A stretch of 64,000 nt of DNA, taken from contig CAVVMW010000014.1 of the NCBI GenBank assembly GCA_963749495.1, positions 480,001-544,000 on the forward strand, given 5' to 3'. Below the pieces are notes generated by a model, which was given only the letters and a program-made list of their open reading frames with translations, did not search any database and was not told the origin of the DNA. This stretch comes from an uncultured bacterium. GTDB taxonomy: Bacteria; Verrucomicrobiota; Verrucomicrobiia; Limisphaerales; UBA8199. Of this stretch, positions 20,058 through 29,324 are shown one piece after another (the stretch's first letter is position 1; every line of letters begins with the position of its first letter). The position numbers and the translations under genes are program-made.

Positions 20058-22616
20058 TCATTCAGGAAACTGTCCCCGCACCATCGCGCAGCTTCTCTTG
20101 AGGGGGACATCGAGCTCGAGGGAACCGTCCCGGGAAACGGCTGAGATTGGCACCGGCGTCTCAACACCGGGCTGCAGCGCGCTCCACTTGGCTTTGTCCA
20201 GCCCCGGCAGGTTCGCAAGCCGGAGCTGGACCGAGGCGGCTCGGCCACCAAAGGTCACCGGCAGCACGTAGCCGCCAGGTACGCGGAAGAGATTCACTTT
20301 GGCTCCCGGCGTCGCACTTTCCACGCAGCGAGCGGTCAACACCCATTTTCTGCCCCGCATGGCGTCGAGCAACGGACCGTAATCCATATAATATCGCTCG
20401 GCTCGAGGCTCGGGGTTGATGCAGTGATGGTTGAACGGATAGGGAGCGGTTGGAAAGACGCCGAGGTGCATGTGCCGCTGGAAGAACGAATCAGGGTCGG
20501 GCTGATTGAGGGTCTCGTTGTAGGTCCAGGCGAGGACTGGTTTGCGAAGGCCCATCAGCGCGGCGGCGTTGAGCGCACCGGGATTGTCGCCGTGCTCGGT
20601 GTAGATGCCGTCGAGCTCGCGGTTGAGTTCCAGGCGCATGGTCATGGTGTTGGCGAAGATGACTTTGTCCGCGCTGTGCATGAGCGGGCCGAGCTCCGCC
20701 ATGAAGGCGCGCCAGGAGTTGTAGAGCGAGCGAGCCGCCTGTCCGTCCACGAAGCTGACGCCGTCGTCGGCGGCCGGGTTATAGTAGCGCAGCCAATCGA
20801 GGCGGTCGATGCAGAGCCCGTCCGTATCCGGCAGCAGTTCGAGGTGGCGCCTGACCTGTTCGAGGAGGAACTTTCGGTAGGCGGGGTCCCCCACATCAGT
20901 GACCCAGGCCCGGTAGCAGGTGTTGATGGGCGGCTTGAGATAGGCCTGAGGAAGGCACAGCTTGAGAAAGGCGACGGGATTTGTCCAAAGGAGAGGCTCA
21001 GCGGCGTACTCGGCTGGAACGTTGAGGTCTTTCATGTTCTTGCCGAACTCGGTGACGTTGAAATAATTCAGCACATGGAATCCTTGCGCCCGCATGCGCC
21101 GGGCGTAATCGTTCATCTGGCGGGCGGAGATGGTGGGCAGCTTGCCCGTCGGTGTCGGCTCATCGCAGGAACGAGTCCAGCGCTCGTCGGCGTCACGCAC
21201 GGGCGGGAGGAACATGCCCATGTAGGGGAAGTCGTCCGACATCTTCCAGTTGAGGCGAAAGGCCATTTTCTTGAACTTGGCGGCGTCGATGGGGCGTTCG
21301 TCACCCGAGTAGGCCCCACAGCCGGTGATCGCGTCGGCTCTGGGGTTGGGCGGGTCGAAGAATGCGGGATAGCGCGCCACCATCCAGCGCAGGCCGCCGC
21401 GCCAGTCCGCCTCGTGGCCGACCAGGTCCATGACAAAGCGGGGGGTCTTGCCGCCGCCAAGACGGTGACAGGTGCGCGAGAAGCGGACGTCCCCCGCGCA
21501 GGACAAGCCTAAGGTCATGTTCAGCAACACTTCCTCTGGGGACAAAACCAGGCTAAAGCCCGCGTTCCGGTCGGGAGCGGCGATGGTGACCAGAGGGATG
21601 GAAACGAAATCTCCGCCGATGGGCGCGCTCTGGGCCGCGTTGCCATAGTGCCAACTCCGGTTGACGAACGGCCTCAGTGCCAGGGGATCGCGCCATGCGT
21701 CGCCCCGGCCCTCCGGGTCCGACCAGCCGGTCCAGCACCGAAGATGCTCCGGCGTACCGCAGGCCAAGCGTGTGATGACCGCAGTGGTCCAGGGCTCATC
21801 GGGGCTGTTGATCTCGACTTCCCAGCGAATGCTCTCCCGGCCAGGCGTGAACCTCTCAGTGACCGTGCAGGAGTGGTTTTGCGGGCCGGTCAGCTTCCGG
21901 GAAACAGCCAGCCCTCCGCCGGGCAACTCCGTGGCCACGGCCTTTCCCGCGATCTGGCAGCCTGCCAGCCGCGTCAACCCGCGAACCCCCATCCGTTCGC
22001 CGCCCACTTCCAGGCCCGTGATGTCGCCATCCTCGGCCAGTTGGACTGTGATGGAAGGCGAGGCCACCTTGAACCGGGGGGGCTTGGGAGCTTCCTGCGG
22101 CCTGGGCTTCGCCAGCAGGACCGCTTCGGCCCAATCGGCGTGGTCACAATTCCGTCCGTCCCCCGCGTCGGTGACGACGAGCTTGAGCTGCCTGACCCCA
22201 GCTAGAGGCACGCTCACGCGCGCCGCGGGAGTCTCAGCCCTCATCACCCCGCTCTGGAATAGCTCCCGTCCGTCGCCGAGAACCTTGAAGACGACGCTGG
22301 CCTCCTTATACTGGCGCATCGCCGCGTCCACGCCCACCCATGCCTCGAACCGTTCCCACGGCTCCTCCAGCTCAAAGACGAGTTCGCTGTTGGCGTGCGT
22401 CCCCAAACCCTCGGAGAACTTGCGGTCGCCAATCTGGAGCGGCTTGCCCCACACGCTTAGGTCCCTCTGCAGGCTGCCCCAATCCTGCCGGACTGAATCG
22501 GGGATTAAGGTGCCCAGCGGAACAGATCTCAGACCCGGGGCCTGCAGTTCAGCGGCCTGGCTGGCAGCGCCCAACAGAACGAGCCACGCCACCAGGTTGG
22601 CAAAAGCAGGTTTCAT
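20058..22616 (-). CDS. Secreted NPCBM/NEW2-domain glycoside-hydrolase-like protein
   Basis: Signal peptide; QDWG...GLGTHANS...FEAWVGVD...VTDAGDGRNCDHADWAEA (NPCBM). Confidence 0.85.
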   Translation of the reverse strand: MKPAFANLVAWLVLLGAASQAAELQAPGLRSVPLGTLIPDSVRQDWGSLQRDLSVWGKPLQIGDRKFSEGLGTHANSELVFELEEPWERFEAWVGVDAAMRQYKEASVVFKVLGDGRELFQSGVMRAETPAARVSVPLAGVRQLKLVVTDAGDGRNCDHADWAEAVLLAKPRPQEAPKPPRFKVASPSITVQLAEDGDITGLEVGGERMGVRGLTRLAGCQIAGKAVATELPGGGLAVSRKLTGPQNHSCTVTERFTPGRESIRWEVEINSPDEPWTTAVITRLACGTPEHLRCWTGWSDPEGRGDAWRDPLALRPFVNRSWHYGNAAQSAPIGGDFVSIPLVTIAAPDRNAGFSLVLSPEEVLLNMTLGLSCAGDVRFSRTCHRLGGGKTPRFVMDLVGHEADWRGGLRWMVARYPAFFDPPNPRADAITGCGAYSGDERPIDAAKFKKMAFRLNWKMSDDFPYMGMFLPPVRDADERWTRSCDEPTPTGKLPTISARQMNDYARRMRAQGFHVLNYFNVTEFGKNMKDLNVPAEYAAEPLLWTNPVAFLKLCLPQAYLKPPINTCYRAWVTDVGDPAYRKFLLEQVRRHLELLPDTDGLCIDRLDWLRYYNPAADDGVSFVDGQAARSLYNSWRAFMAELGPLMHSADKVIFANTMTMRLELNRELDGIYTEHGDNPGALNAAALMGLRKPVLAWTYNETLNQPDPDSFFQRHMHLGVFPTAPYPFNHHCINPEPRAERYYMDYGPLLDAMRGRKWVLTARCVESATPGAKVNLFRVPGGYVLPVTFGGRAASVQLRLANLPGLDKAKWSALQPGVETPVPISAVSRDGSLELDVPLKRSCAMVRGQFPE

Positions 22617-22684
22617 AGCGCCCAATTATCCGCAAAACGGAGCCGTTGGGAAGTGCAATGATCGGCCGGGCCCCTGTGGTTGAC

Positions 22685-23746
22685 CTAGTGCTCCATCCCT
22701 TGCTCACGTGCCCAGTTCTTCCATTTCATGATTTGTGCATCATGCTCCTCCATGAACCTAGGATAAGACGGATAGCCTTGGTTAGTTATCCTCCCCAGAG
22801 CAAAAATCGCGTCGTATTGAGTCCGTGCATTCGCATCATCAAGCGCTGAGACCAGACTCCGCACGCTGCTTAAGTCGCCCAGGTGCCTCAACAGACGGAC
22901 TCCGATCCCGCGAACGAGCGCATCATTTGAAGCGGCGAGTTTATTCGCTTGCTCAACCACCACGGCATTTGTGGCGCGCTCTAAAGCCCATCCGACCTCC
23001 CCCATCTGATTAGGCTGAAACACGGTCCCCGACAAAAGGTCGTTTACCGTTCGACCTACGGCGTCCTTATCGGCTTGGCGAACCCCCTGAATCCGCGCCT
23101 GGAACTGGATTCGCTTGTCAGCGCTCCCTTCCAAACCTTCAAGGATACTCGTGGGCACCGGTTTGACCAAATTGTTCATCCACAAGAATACTTGAAACAC
23201 GGCATCTGCATCTGGCCCACCCGACAGCATAGCCAGAAGCTGCCTGGCGATGCGGTCGGCCACGGTGTTCGTCAACACGTCCGCCGACGCGTCGTAGGAA
23301 GGCAGGGAGATCTTTGAATTGAAACGACTTACAAATTCGAAGTGGCTGCTGTCGTGTCTTTTCAAAAAGAGCACCGCTGTCTCATTCGGAGCGAGGTCGT
23401 CGAAATGGTTCGGGACGGATTCTGGCCGGTAGAACAGAACGTTGATCTTGTCCCCCGGTGAAACGTTGTGGCCGTTTGCGTCATCGGCCTTGAGCAACGC
23501 CAACACTCCACACTCGGCATTGAACGCGCGGCATTTGATGTCACTCTGGCCGACCCGCCGAACCGCGGCTCCAGCCGCTTCGGGAGCCGAGGCCTTAGCG
23601 ATGACGAGGAGGTTGGAGGCCCCAGTGACCTGATCGAGGTCGAACGCGGGTACCGGTTCCGCCGCCGCCCGGGCCAACGCCAACATCAGGATCAGGCACT
23701 CTGCCACAGCTTCGCGAATCCGACGGCTACTATTCATGGCGCACAT
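22685..23746 (-). CDS. Secreted protein with C-terminal HEAT repeats
   Basis: Signal-like N-terminus; VRSLVSALDDANARTQYDAIFALGRIT...KWKNW. Confidence 0.7.
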   Translation of the reverse strand: MCAMNSSRRIREAVAECLILMLALARAAAEPVPAFDLDQVTGASNLLVIAKASAPEAAGAAVRRVGQSDIKCRAFNAECGVLALLKADDANGHNVSPGDKINVLFYRPESVPNHFDDLAPNETAVLFLKRHDSSHFEFVSRFNSKISLPSYDASADVLTNTVADRIARQLLAMLSGGPDADAVFQVFLWMNNLVKPVPTSILEGLEGSADKRIQFQARIQGVRQADKDAVGRTVNDLLSGTVFQPNQMGEVGWALERATNAVVVEQANKLAASNDALVRGIGVRLLRHLGDLSSVRSLVSALDDANARTQYDAIFALGRITNQGYPSYPRFMEEHDAQIMKWKNWAREQGMEH

Positions 23747-23839
23747 ATCCTCTGTTTTGTTGCCACGTCAGCGCTATGGCTTGGACGCCGACGACAACGG
23801 GACTATCGGACCACAGGCCCGCACCGGTGTCAACCCGGA

Positions 23840-24300
23840 AACGCGTCAAGGCCTTACATTGTGCATTTTCGATTGACAGCACGGGCGGGGCAGCCACAAT
23901 GGGACCCTGCCGCGCCAACTGCGCATTCAGTTTCCCGGTGCCGTGTGCCATCTGATGAGTCGTGGGGATCGCCGCGAGGACATTTTCCTGGACGACGCAG
24001 ACCGCCTGGATTTCCTTAAGACCGTGGCCGAGGCTTGCCAGAAAACGGGCTGGCAGGTCCATGGCTACTGCCTGATGCGCAACCACTGTCATCTGGTCGT
24101 GGAGACGCCCAACGCGAACCTGGTGGCGGGGATGGAGTGGCTACAAAGAGAAGGAGATCGCCGGTCGGTTGCATCTGGGCACGGCGCGGAGCGCGAGCGC
24201 CCGCTTGCACACCGCGATGCGGCGCCAGACTGCCGCTGCCTCAGCCCAAGGCCACTTGCCAATGTGAGAGAAAACGTGCTTTGTAAAGGCTGACCCCTTT
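23840..24300 (+). mobile_element. Internally deleted REP-associated tyrosine transposase (RAYT/Y1_Tnp), type A copy 1
   Basis: PRQLRIQFPGAVCHLMSRGDRREDIF...YCLMRNHCHLVVETPNANLVAGMEWLQ joined to a C-terminal HTH remnant; imperfect inverted flanks ending tgacccc. Confidence 0.88.
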
Positions 24301-24345
24301 TCGTCAACCGATGCATCGGGGTCCTTCAACCCCGGCTCGACCCCG

Positions 24346-24780
24346 TCAAGGAACGGCTCTCAAACCAGTCGCGACGGCAAGGGCCCGCTGGCGGGTGTCG
24401 AAAGAGACAAACTCTGCTGCGCGTAGCGTCTTCCCCACCGCCACGTGCAGAATGTCGAGACTGGGCGTTCCAGTGGCCGCCGTGTGCCGCTCGCTCAGGT
24501 GTGTGGCAATGCGGAGGGCCACTGCCCACTTCACCACCGTCTTCACCAAGCGCCCGCTACGCAGATCCGAATCCAAATTCGCCCAAGCCGCGGCGGCATC
24601 AGCAGCGGAGAACAGCCCCCGAAACACACCAAGCTTGAACGCATTCCGCACTTCCAAGGCGTGCAACGCTGTAAAAGGGAGTTGCGCGCCGGTTCGGGAG
24701 AGCCAGGTCTTGGCTGGCCCGGTATTCGCGTCGACGATGTAACACGAGACCAGAAAACTGCTGTCCGCATAGTAGTGCAT
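24346..24780 (-). CDS. vapC: PIN-domain (VapC-family) toxin
   Basis: YYADSSFLVS...LEVRNAF...SLDILHVAVG...FVSFDTRQRALA. Confidence 0.9.
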   Translation of the reverse strand: MHYYADSSFLVSCYIVDANTGPAKTWLSRTGAQLPFTALHALEVRNAFKLGVFRGLFSAADAAAAWANLDSDLRSGRLVKTVVKWAVALRIATHLSERHTAATGTPSLDILHVAVGKTLRAAEFVSFDTRQRALAVATGLRAVP

Positions 24781-24785
24781 CCCCT

Positions 24786-25010
24786 TCAGAACGCCGCTTC
24801 CTCGCGTTCCACAAGGACCAGATTCGGCAGCACCCGATCACCGAAGATGCGCTTGGCTCGCGCTTCAACGTCCGGCCATTTCACACGCCGAGCCCTTCTT
24901 TCGGACTGGGCTGGCATCTCGTCCGCCAGCGCCAGGACCGCCAGGACAAATTTCCGCCGCTCCCGAGGCGGCAGCGCCCCGACTTGCTTGAGAAGTTCAA
25001 CCGCGCTCAT
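24786..25010 (-). CDS. Putative antitoxin for the PIN toxin (74 aa)
   Basis: MSAVELLKQVGALPPRERRKF...WPD..AR.KRIFGDRVLPN.V..ER, directly upstream of vapC. Confidence 0.75.
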   Translation of the reverse strand: MSAVELLKQVGALPPRERRKFVLAVLALADEMPAQSERRARRVKWPDVEARAKRIFGDRVLPNLVLVEREEAAF

Positions 25011-25017
25011 GGGAGTA

Positions 25018-25046
25018 AATTTAGAAGGGCCGGCCGAGGCTGTCAA
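25018..25046 (-). promoter_or_regulatory. Sigma70 promoter giving a leaderless antitoxin-vapC transcript
   Basis: TTGACA-N17-TAAATT-N7-ATG, no Shine-Dalgarno. Confidence 0.75.
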
Positions 25047-25085
25047 TCCATTGCGGTGCATGGCAGCGGTTCCTCGCCACGCTGG

Positions 25086-25360
25086 AGGAGGGCTGCCAGA
25101 AGACAGGCTGGCAGGTTCATGGCTACTGCCTGATGCGCAACCACTGTCATCTGGTCCTGCAGACGCCCAACGCGAACCTGGTGGCCGGGATGGCGTGGGT
25201 ACACAGACACGGAGATCCCCGGTCGGCTGCATCTGGGCACGGCGCGGAGCGCGAGCGCCCGCTTGCACACCGCGATGCGGCGCCAGACTGCCGCTGCCTC
25301 AGCCCAAGGCCACTAGCCAATGTGAGAGAAAACGTGCTTTGTAAAGGCTTGACCCCTTTC
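25086..25360 (+). mobile_element. RAYT type A remnant copy 2 (direct repeat of part of copy 1)
   Basis: CQKTGWQVHGYCLMRNHCHLVLQTPNANLVAGMAW; 3' part nearly identical to 24152-24300. Confidence 0.88.
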
Positions 25361-25403
25361 CCGTTGTCGTAACTGAAACAGATGCACTTGTTGAGCCGGT
25401 CCA

Positions 25404-25446
25404 AAGTGCCAATTGTCCAAATGACAAGACATGACCCCAATGGTTT
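25404..25446 (-). repeat. Solo 43-bp inverted copy of the left end of the type B RAYT element
   Basis: Exact reverse complement of 27532-27574. Confidence 0.88.
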
Positions 25447-25599
25447 ACCAATGGTTTAAATTATTCTGCCGGCTGTAGTAGCCGATGAAGATCTCGGTGC
25501 CCGCCGGATTTGCCGCGATGGACGGTTCCCACAGGTCGGTGAGCGTCATGTCGTTGTCGTTGGTGTTGAGCCGCACAAATACGTCAATAGTCATCTCTG

Positions 25600-25815
25600 A
25601 CCCCTTTCTTGTGGCTGTTTTGCTCTTTGGTCCGGCGGCCTGGAAGTGCGCACCCCGCGACCGCTTCATCGGGTGGAGCGCGGCCCAACGGCAAGCCCAC
25701 CTCGAGCAGGTGGCCAACAACAGCCGATTCCTGATTTTACCCTGGGTAGAGGCGCCGCGGTTGGCCAGCCATGTCCTGAGCCTGGTCTTGCGCCGGCTGC
25801 GCCAGGACTGGCAAA
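25600..25815 (+). pseudogene. DUF4338 internal fragment (third copy)
   Basis: LLFGPAAWKCAPRDRFIGWS...VANNSRFLILPWV...LASHVL. Confidence 0.88.
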
Positions 25816-25912
25816 GCGCAATGCCTTCGGTATTGCGGTGCTGCCAGCCCTCACCCGGTCGATACACCAGCGGGCCTTCTGTTCACCATCGTGCTTTTCA
25901 GGGCCCACCGGG

Positions 25913-27019
25913 TTATTGACGCTGCGCGGGTGACTCACGCCTCAGCACCCAAGTATCGGGTTCCGGCTCCTGCACTCGCACCTGGATGCTCAGCGCGCAC
26001 GCTACGCATTTCCCCGTGCCAATCGCGATCGTTTGCTTGGCTCGGCAGCGAGGGCACGTCAACGTGATCTCACCCAAGTCCGCCACGGTGGCGGGCACTG
26101 GGACGGTTCGCTGGTTGATCTTCGCGAGGACCAGGAGCGCGAGCGTTCCGCAACCCCCCATGATGGCCATCGCCCCGGCGAGGCGGCCGAGCATTTCCGC
26201 CTGCCACGGACTCGTGATGCTCGCGATGTCCACGAATCCACCGGTGGCGATGCCGGCCCCAATCGTCCCCCAAAGGAGCCACCGCTGGGCTGGCTTCAAG
26301 GGACACCAGGCCATGGCGTTCGCGTGCGCCACGACCGCTGCCACGCTGACGACGCAGACGAAGAACGCGGATGTCTCATGAATGTCCGAGAGGATCGCGT
26401 ACGCGGAGATCGCAAATGCGGTTGCTGCCGCCGCCACCCCCAGCCAGCGCCAGTGTCGCCGGTCCGTGCCTGTCCCAATGAGGCAGAGCACCGCCAGCGC
26501 AGCGAAGACGGCGAGCGACAGTCCGAGCAGTTGCCAACGCTCCGCTCGGACTTTCCCAAGCCACCCGCCCCAGATTCCCACCATGAGCAATACGAATACC
26601 ACCGCGCTGGCGAAGAGTCCGACCCGCCCCGAAAGAGAGGCGTCCGCTCGCTTCAAGATTGCCGAAAAACCGATGGCGGGAACCGAGGTGCCGGCCAGGT
26701 AGAACATCGTCATCGCTACTTGTTCGTCCGCGCGCCCGAAGAGGTTCCAGGTCAACCCGAGGGTTGCGAGGTATTCGGTCACGATCAGCGAAACCGCCAT
26801 GACGCCCGGCAGCCAGGTCGCCTCCTGCTCGAACTGCCGGGATACGGCCAGCACGAGGAACGCCCCGACGGCGGTAGCCGCACACGTCCCCACGATCCGC
26901 CAGAGCGTGTCGTGTCCCGCAAAAATGACGCCCGCCGCTCCGAAACCCGCCGCCAGCCCCAGCGCCCAGAACACAACTCGCAGCAGGACCTTTCGATAGA
27001 TCACTGGGTTGTTCTTCAT
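25913..27019 (-). CDS. Polytopic membrane protein with C-terminal zinc ribbon
   Basis: About 10 hydrophobic segments; CPRC...CVAC. Confidence 0.75.
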   Translation of the reverse strand: MKNNPVIYRKVLLRVVFWALGLAAGFGAAGVIFAGHDTLWRIVGTCAATAVGAFLVLAVSRQFEQEATWLPGVMAVSLIVTEYLATLGLTWNLFGRADEQVAMTMFYLAGTSVPAIGFSAILKRADASLSGRVGLFASAVVFVLLMVGIWGGWLGKVRAERWQLLGLSLAVFAALAVLCLIGTGTDRRHWRWLGVAAAATAFAISAYAILSDIHETSAFFVCVVSVAAVVAHANAMAWCPLKPAQRWLLWGTIGAGIATGGFVDIASITSPWQAEMLGRLAGAMAIMGGCGTLALLVLAKINQRTVPVPATVADLGEITLTCPRCRAKQTIAIGTGKCVACALSIQVRVQEPEPDTWVLRRESPAQRQ

Positions 27020-27534
27020 GCTTTCGGAGTCTTCGACCAGCCCCAGTCGAGTCAGGTTGCCGGCGGTTCCCGTGCCAGTTGTGGAGGGTTTTGGTGTCAT
27101 ATTCATGCAGGGCATTTTGCCCCAGGAGTGGCTCCAGGCGGTAATTGATAATTCTGTTGATACTATTGATGTCCTCGATGTACACGCACTAATGGTGAGA
27201 CCTCAAGCCAGCTTCCGCGCACCGCGCAAAAGGCGCGGCCCGAGGTCTGACCCAGTCGCGCCCGTTCCAGGCCGAAGCAGGGTGATGATCGTCGGTGGGG
27301 GCAACCCCGGAATTAGTGATAGGAATTTGGTTTTTGCCGCGCCGACGGTTTTGACGCTGCGCGGGTGAGGGAGAATTGGTTTTTGGTCTCACTCATTACG
27401 GTCGGATGCTGCCAGATGAGGACCAGAGGGTCAAGAGGAACGTTTTGTCGGTTTTTGATGGTTTTGGCACAACATGGGGGCCGCTGGCGTGTGCTGGGGC
27501 CTGAGGGTCGGCTCAAAAAAACCATTGGCAAAAA

Positions 27535-27974
27535 CCATTGGGGTCATGTCTTGTCATTTGGACAATTGGCACTTGACGCCGGGATTCCGGGATGATTCCA
27601 ATGGCCCATGGCACGCGCGTTGCGCATCGAACGGGCGGGCGGGCGGTATCACGTCACCGCCCGCGGCAATGAACGCCAGGACATCTTCCGTGATGACGCA
27701 GACCATTTCCATTTTTTGGCATTGCTGAGCCAGCTTGGCGAGTGTTTTGGCGTAAGGGTTCCGGTTACGCTGGCTACCGCCCGCCGCTGGCGTGGGTCTG
27801 GCGCCAGCCGCTGGCCCGGTTATGGGTTTGAGTCAACTGGCGGTTTGGACTACCCCGTAGTGAGCAAAGCCCTCGCCCGCTTTGGACGGCGCCTCGAAGC
27901 CGATCCCCGCCTGCGAGAAGAAATAGCCGCAATCCAGGACCGATTGTCCAAATGACAAGTCATGACCCCAATGG
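27535..27974 (+). mobile_element. Internally deleted RAYT type B element with 32-bp inverted ends
   Basis: MARALRIERAGGRYHVTARGNERQDIFRDDAD (27608) fused to DYPVVSKALARF HTH remnant; IRs 27535-27566 / 27943-27974 (1 mismatch) containing GGGGTCA. Confidence 0.88.
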
Positions 27975-28129
27975 GTTTAGTGCCAATGGGTTTCATCGTG
28001 GAGTTCGAACTGGCCAAACCGTCGATTCGATCATGTCGGGATTTCGCGGTGCCGGTGCTTGATGCCTCGAGGCGGGCTGGCACTTTGCGTGCCTGCCGCG
28101 CCGCCAGTTTTGGCGCTGCGCGGTTTAGG

Positions 28130-28450
28130 TCACGCCGCTGCGGGAAGAAGTGGGCAGCGCTGCACCTCTTTGGCGATGCGCTCCTCAGTTTCATCCTGGG
28201 CGAGGTCGAGATCATATTGGCCCTGAAGGCCGATCCAGAATTCCGGGGTCGTGCCGACATACCGGGCAAGTCGGAGCGCCAGTTCTGCGCTGACGCCGCG
28301 CCGTCCACGGATCAGCAAACGCACAGTGGCCTGAGTCACCCCCAAGCCCTTGGCAACCGCTGAAGCCGAAAGTTTCAATGGTTTCATGAATTCCTCTCGC
28401 AGCACCTCGCCCGGGTGGACCGGCGGAAGCTTGTTCTTTCGTGTGCCCAT
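28130..28450 (-). CDS. higA: HigA antitoxin (XRE HTH)
   Basis: PPVHPGEVLREEFMKPL...ELALRLARYVGTTPEFWIGLQGQYDL. Confidence 0.95.
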   Translation of the reverse strand: MGTRKNKLPPVHPGEVLREEFMKPLKLSASAVAKGLGVTQATVRLLIRGRRGVSAELALRLARYVGTTPEFWIGLQGQYDLDLAQDETEERIAKEVQRCPLLPAAA

Positions 28451-28454
28451 GGCC

Positions 28455-28736
28455 TTAATGATAGTCAACGATTTCAACTTGGTGTGCGTCGTTTTCCTGC
28501 CACCGGAAGCAGATGCGCCACTGGTCATTGATCCGAATGCTCCACTGGCCGCGGCGGCTGCCTTTGAGCGCCTCCAAACGGCTGCCAGGGAATGCGGCCA
28601 GGTCCCCAAGCCTTCGGGCATTGTGCAGCATACGCAACTTCCGGAGCGCCACAGCCTGCATGACGTGATCCAACCGCCGCGAGAATCCGCGATGCCAGAG
28701 GCGCTCAGTCTCTTTGCAGGCAAAGCTCGCAATCAC
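28455..28736 (-). CDS. higB: HigB/RelE-family toxin
   Basis: IASFACKETE...LEALKGSRRGQWSIRINDQWRICFRW...VEIVDYH. Confidence 0.95.
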   Translation of the reverse strand: MIASFACKETERLWHRGFSRRLDHVMQAVALRKLRMLHNARRLGDLAAFPGSRLEALKGSRRGQWSIRINDQWRICFRWQENDAHQVEIVDYH

Positions 28737-28742
28737 CGACAA

Positions 28743-28771
28743 AAACTAAGGTGCCGCCTGCAAGCTGTCAA
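28743..28771 (-). promoter_or_regulatory. Sigma70 promoter giving a leaderless higBA transcript
   Basis: TTGACA-N17-TAGTTT-N6-GTG. Confidence 0.7.
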
Positions 28772-28825
28772 CTCTGCGCCGCGACTCGAACAAAAGCCTC
28801 AGGCCCTTACCCTGTTTACTGAAAA

Positions 28826-28948
28826 AGCCCTTACATTGTGCATTTTCGACTGGCAGCACGGGCGGGGCAGCCACAATGGGACCATGCCGCGCGAACTGCG
28901 CATTCAGTTTCCGGGTGCCGTGTACCATCTGATGAGTCGTGGGGGTCG
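28826..28948 (+). mobile_element. RAYT type A 5' remnant (copy 3)
   Basis: ccttacattgtgcattttcga...ccacaatgggacc ATG PRELRIQFPGAVYHLMSRG, matches 23853-23968. Confidence 0.85.
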
Positions 28949-29098
28949 GGTGCCGGACAAAAAAGTAACCTCCGTTGAAGAGACCAAGGCAGGCGTTGTT
29001 TCTTCCCTTCCGGGATTGTATCTATGCGGATGCAACCGCAATGAAATGGGGCTGCCCCAAGGCTGGCCAGCCCCCCCGGATCGCTCAGCGGCTTTGTT

Positions 29099-29162
29099 TT
29101 CCGCGTATTCCGTCCACCCTCCGTAGCAGAGCTACTGCGGAGGACGGGCGTATTCCGCGGTT
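29099..29162 (+). repeat. ttccgcgta 9-mer repeat interrupted by a small REP hairpin
   Basis: ttccgcgtattccg-[ccctccgtagcagagctactgcggaggacggg]-cgtattccgcggtt. Confidence 0.75.
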
Positions 29163-29194
29163 GCCCTCAGGTGCCATGGCCGTATCGGCCCCGC

Positions 29195-29316
29195 TCCGCC
29201 ACGATGCGCTCAATTTGGACTTTGGGATAATGGCCAAAGTTGACCAACAGCCCGAGCTTGAACCGGGTCGCCTTGAGGTGGTTTTGCACCTGCGCCCGAT
29301 GCTCGTCCCGCAGAAG
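29195..29316 (-). pseudogene. GxxExxY-family protein C-terminal remnant
   Basis: Minus frame reads DEHRAQVQNHLKATRFKLGLLVNFGHYPKVQIERIV. Confidence 0.85.
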
Positions 29317-29324
29317 AATGAACC

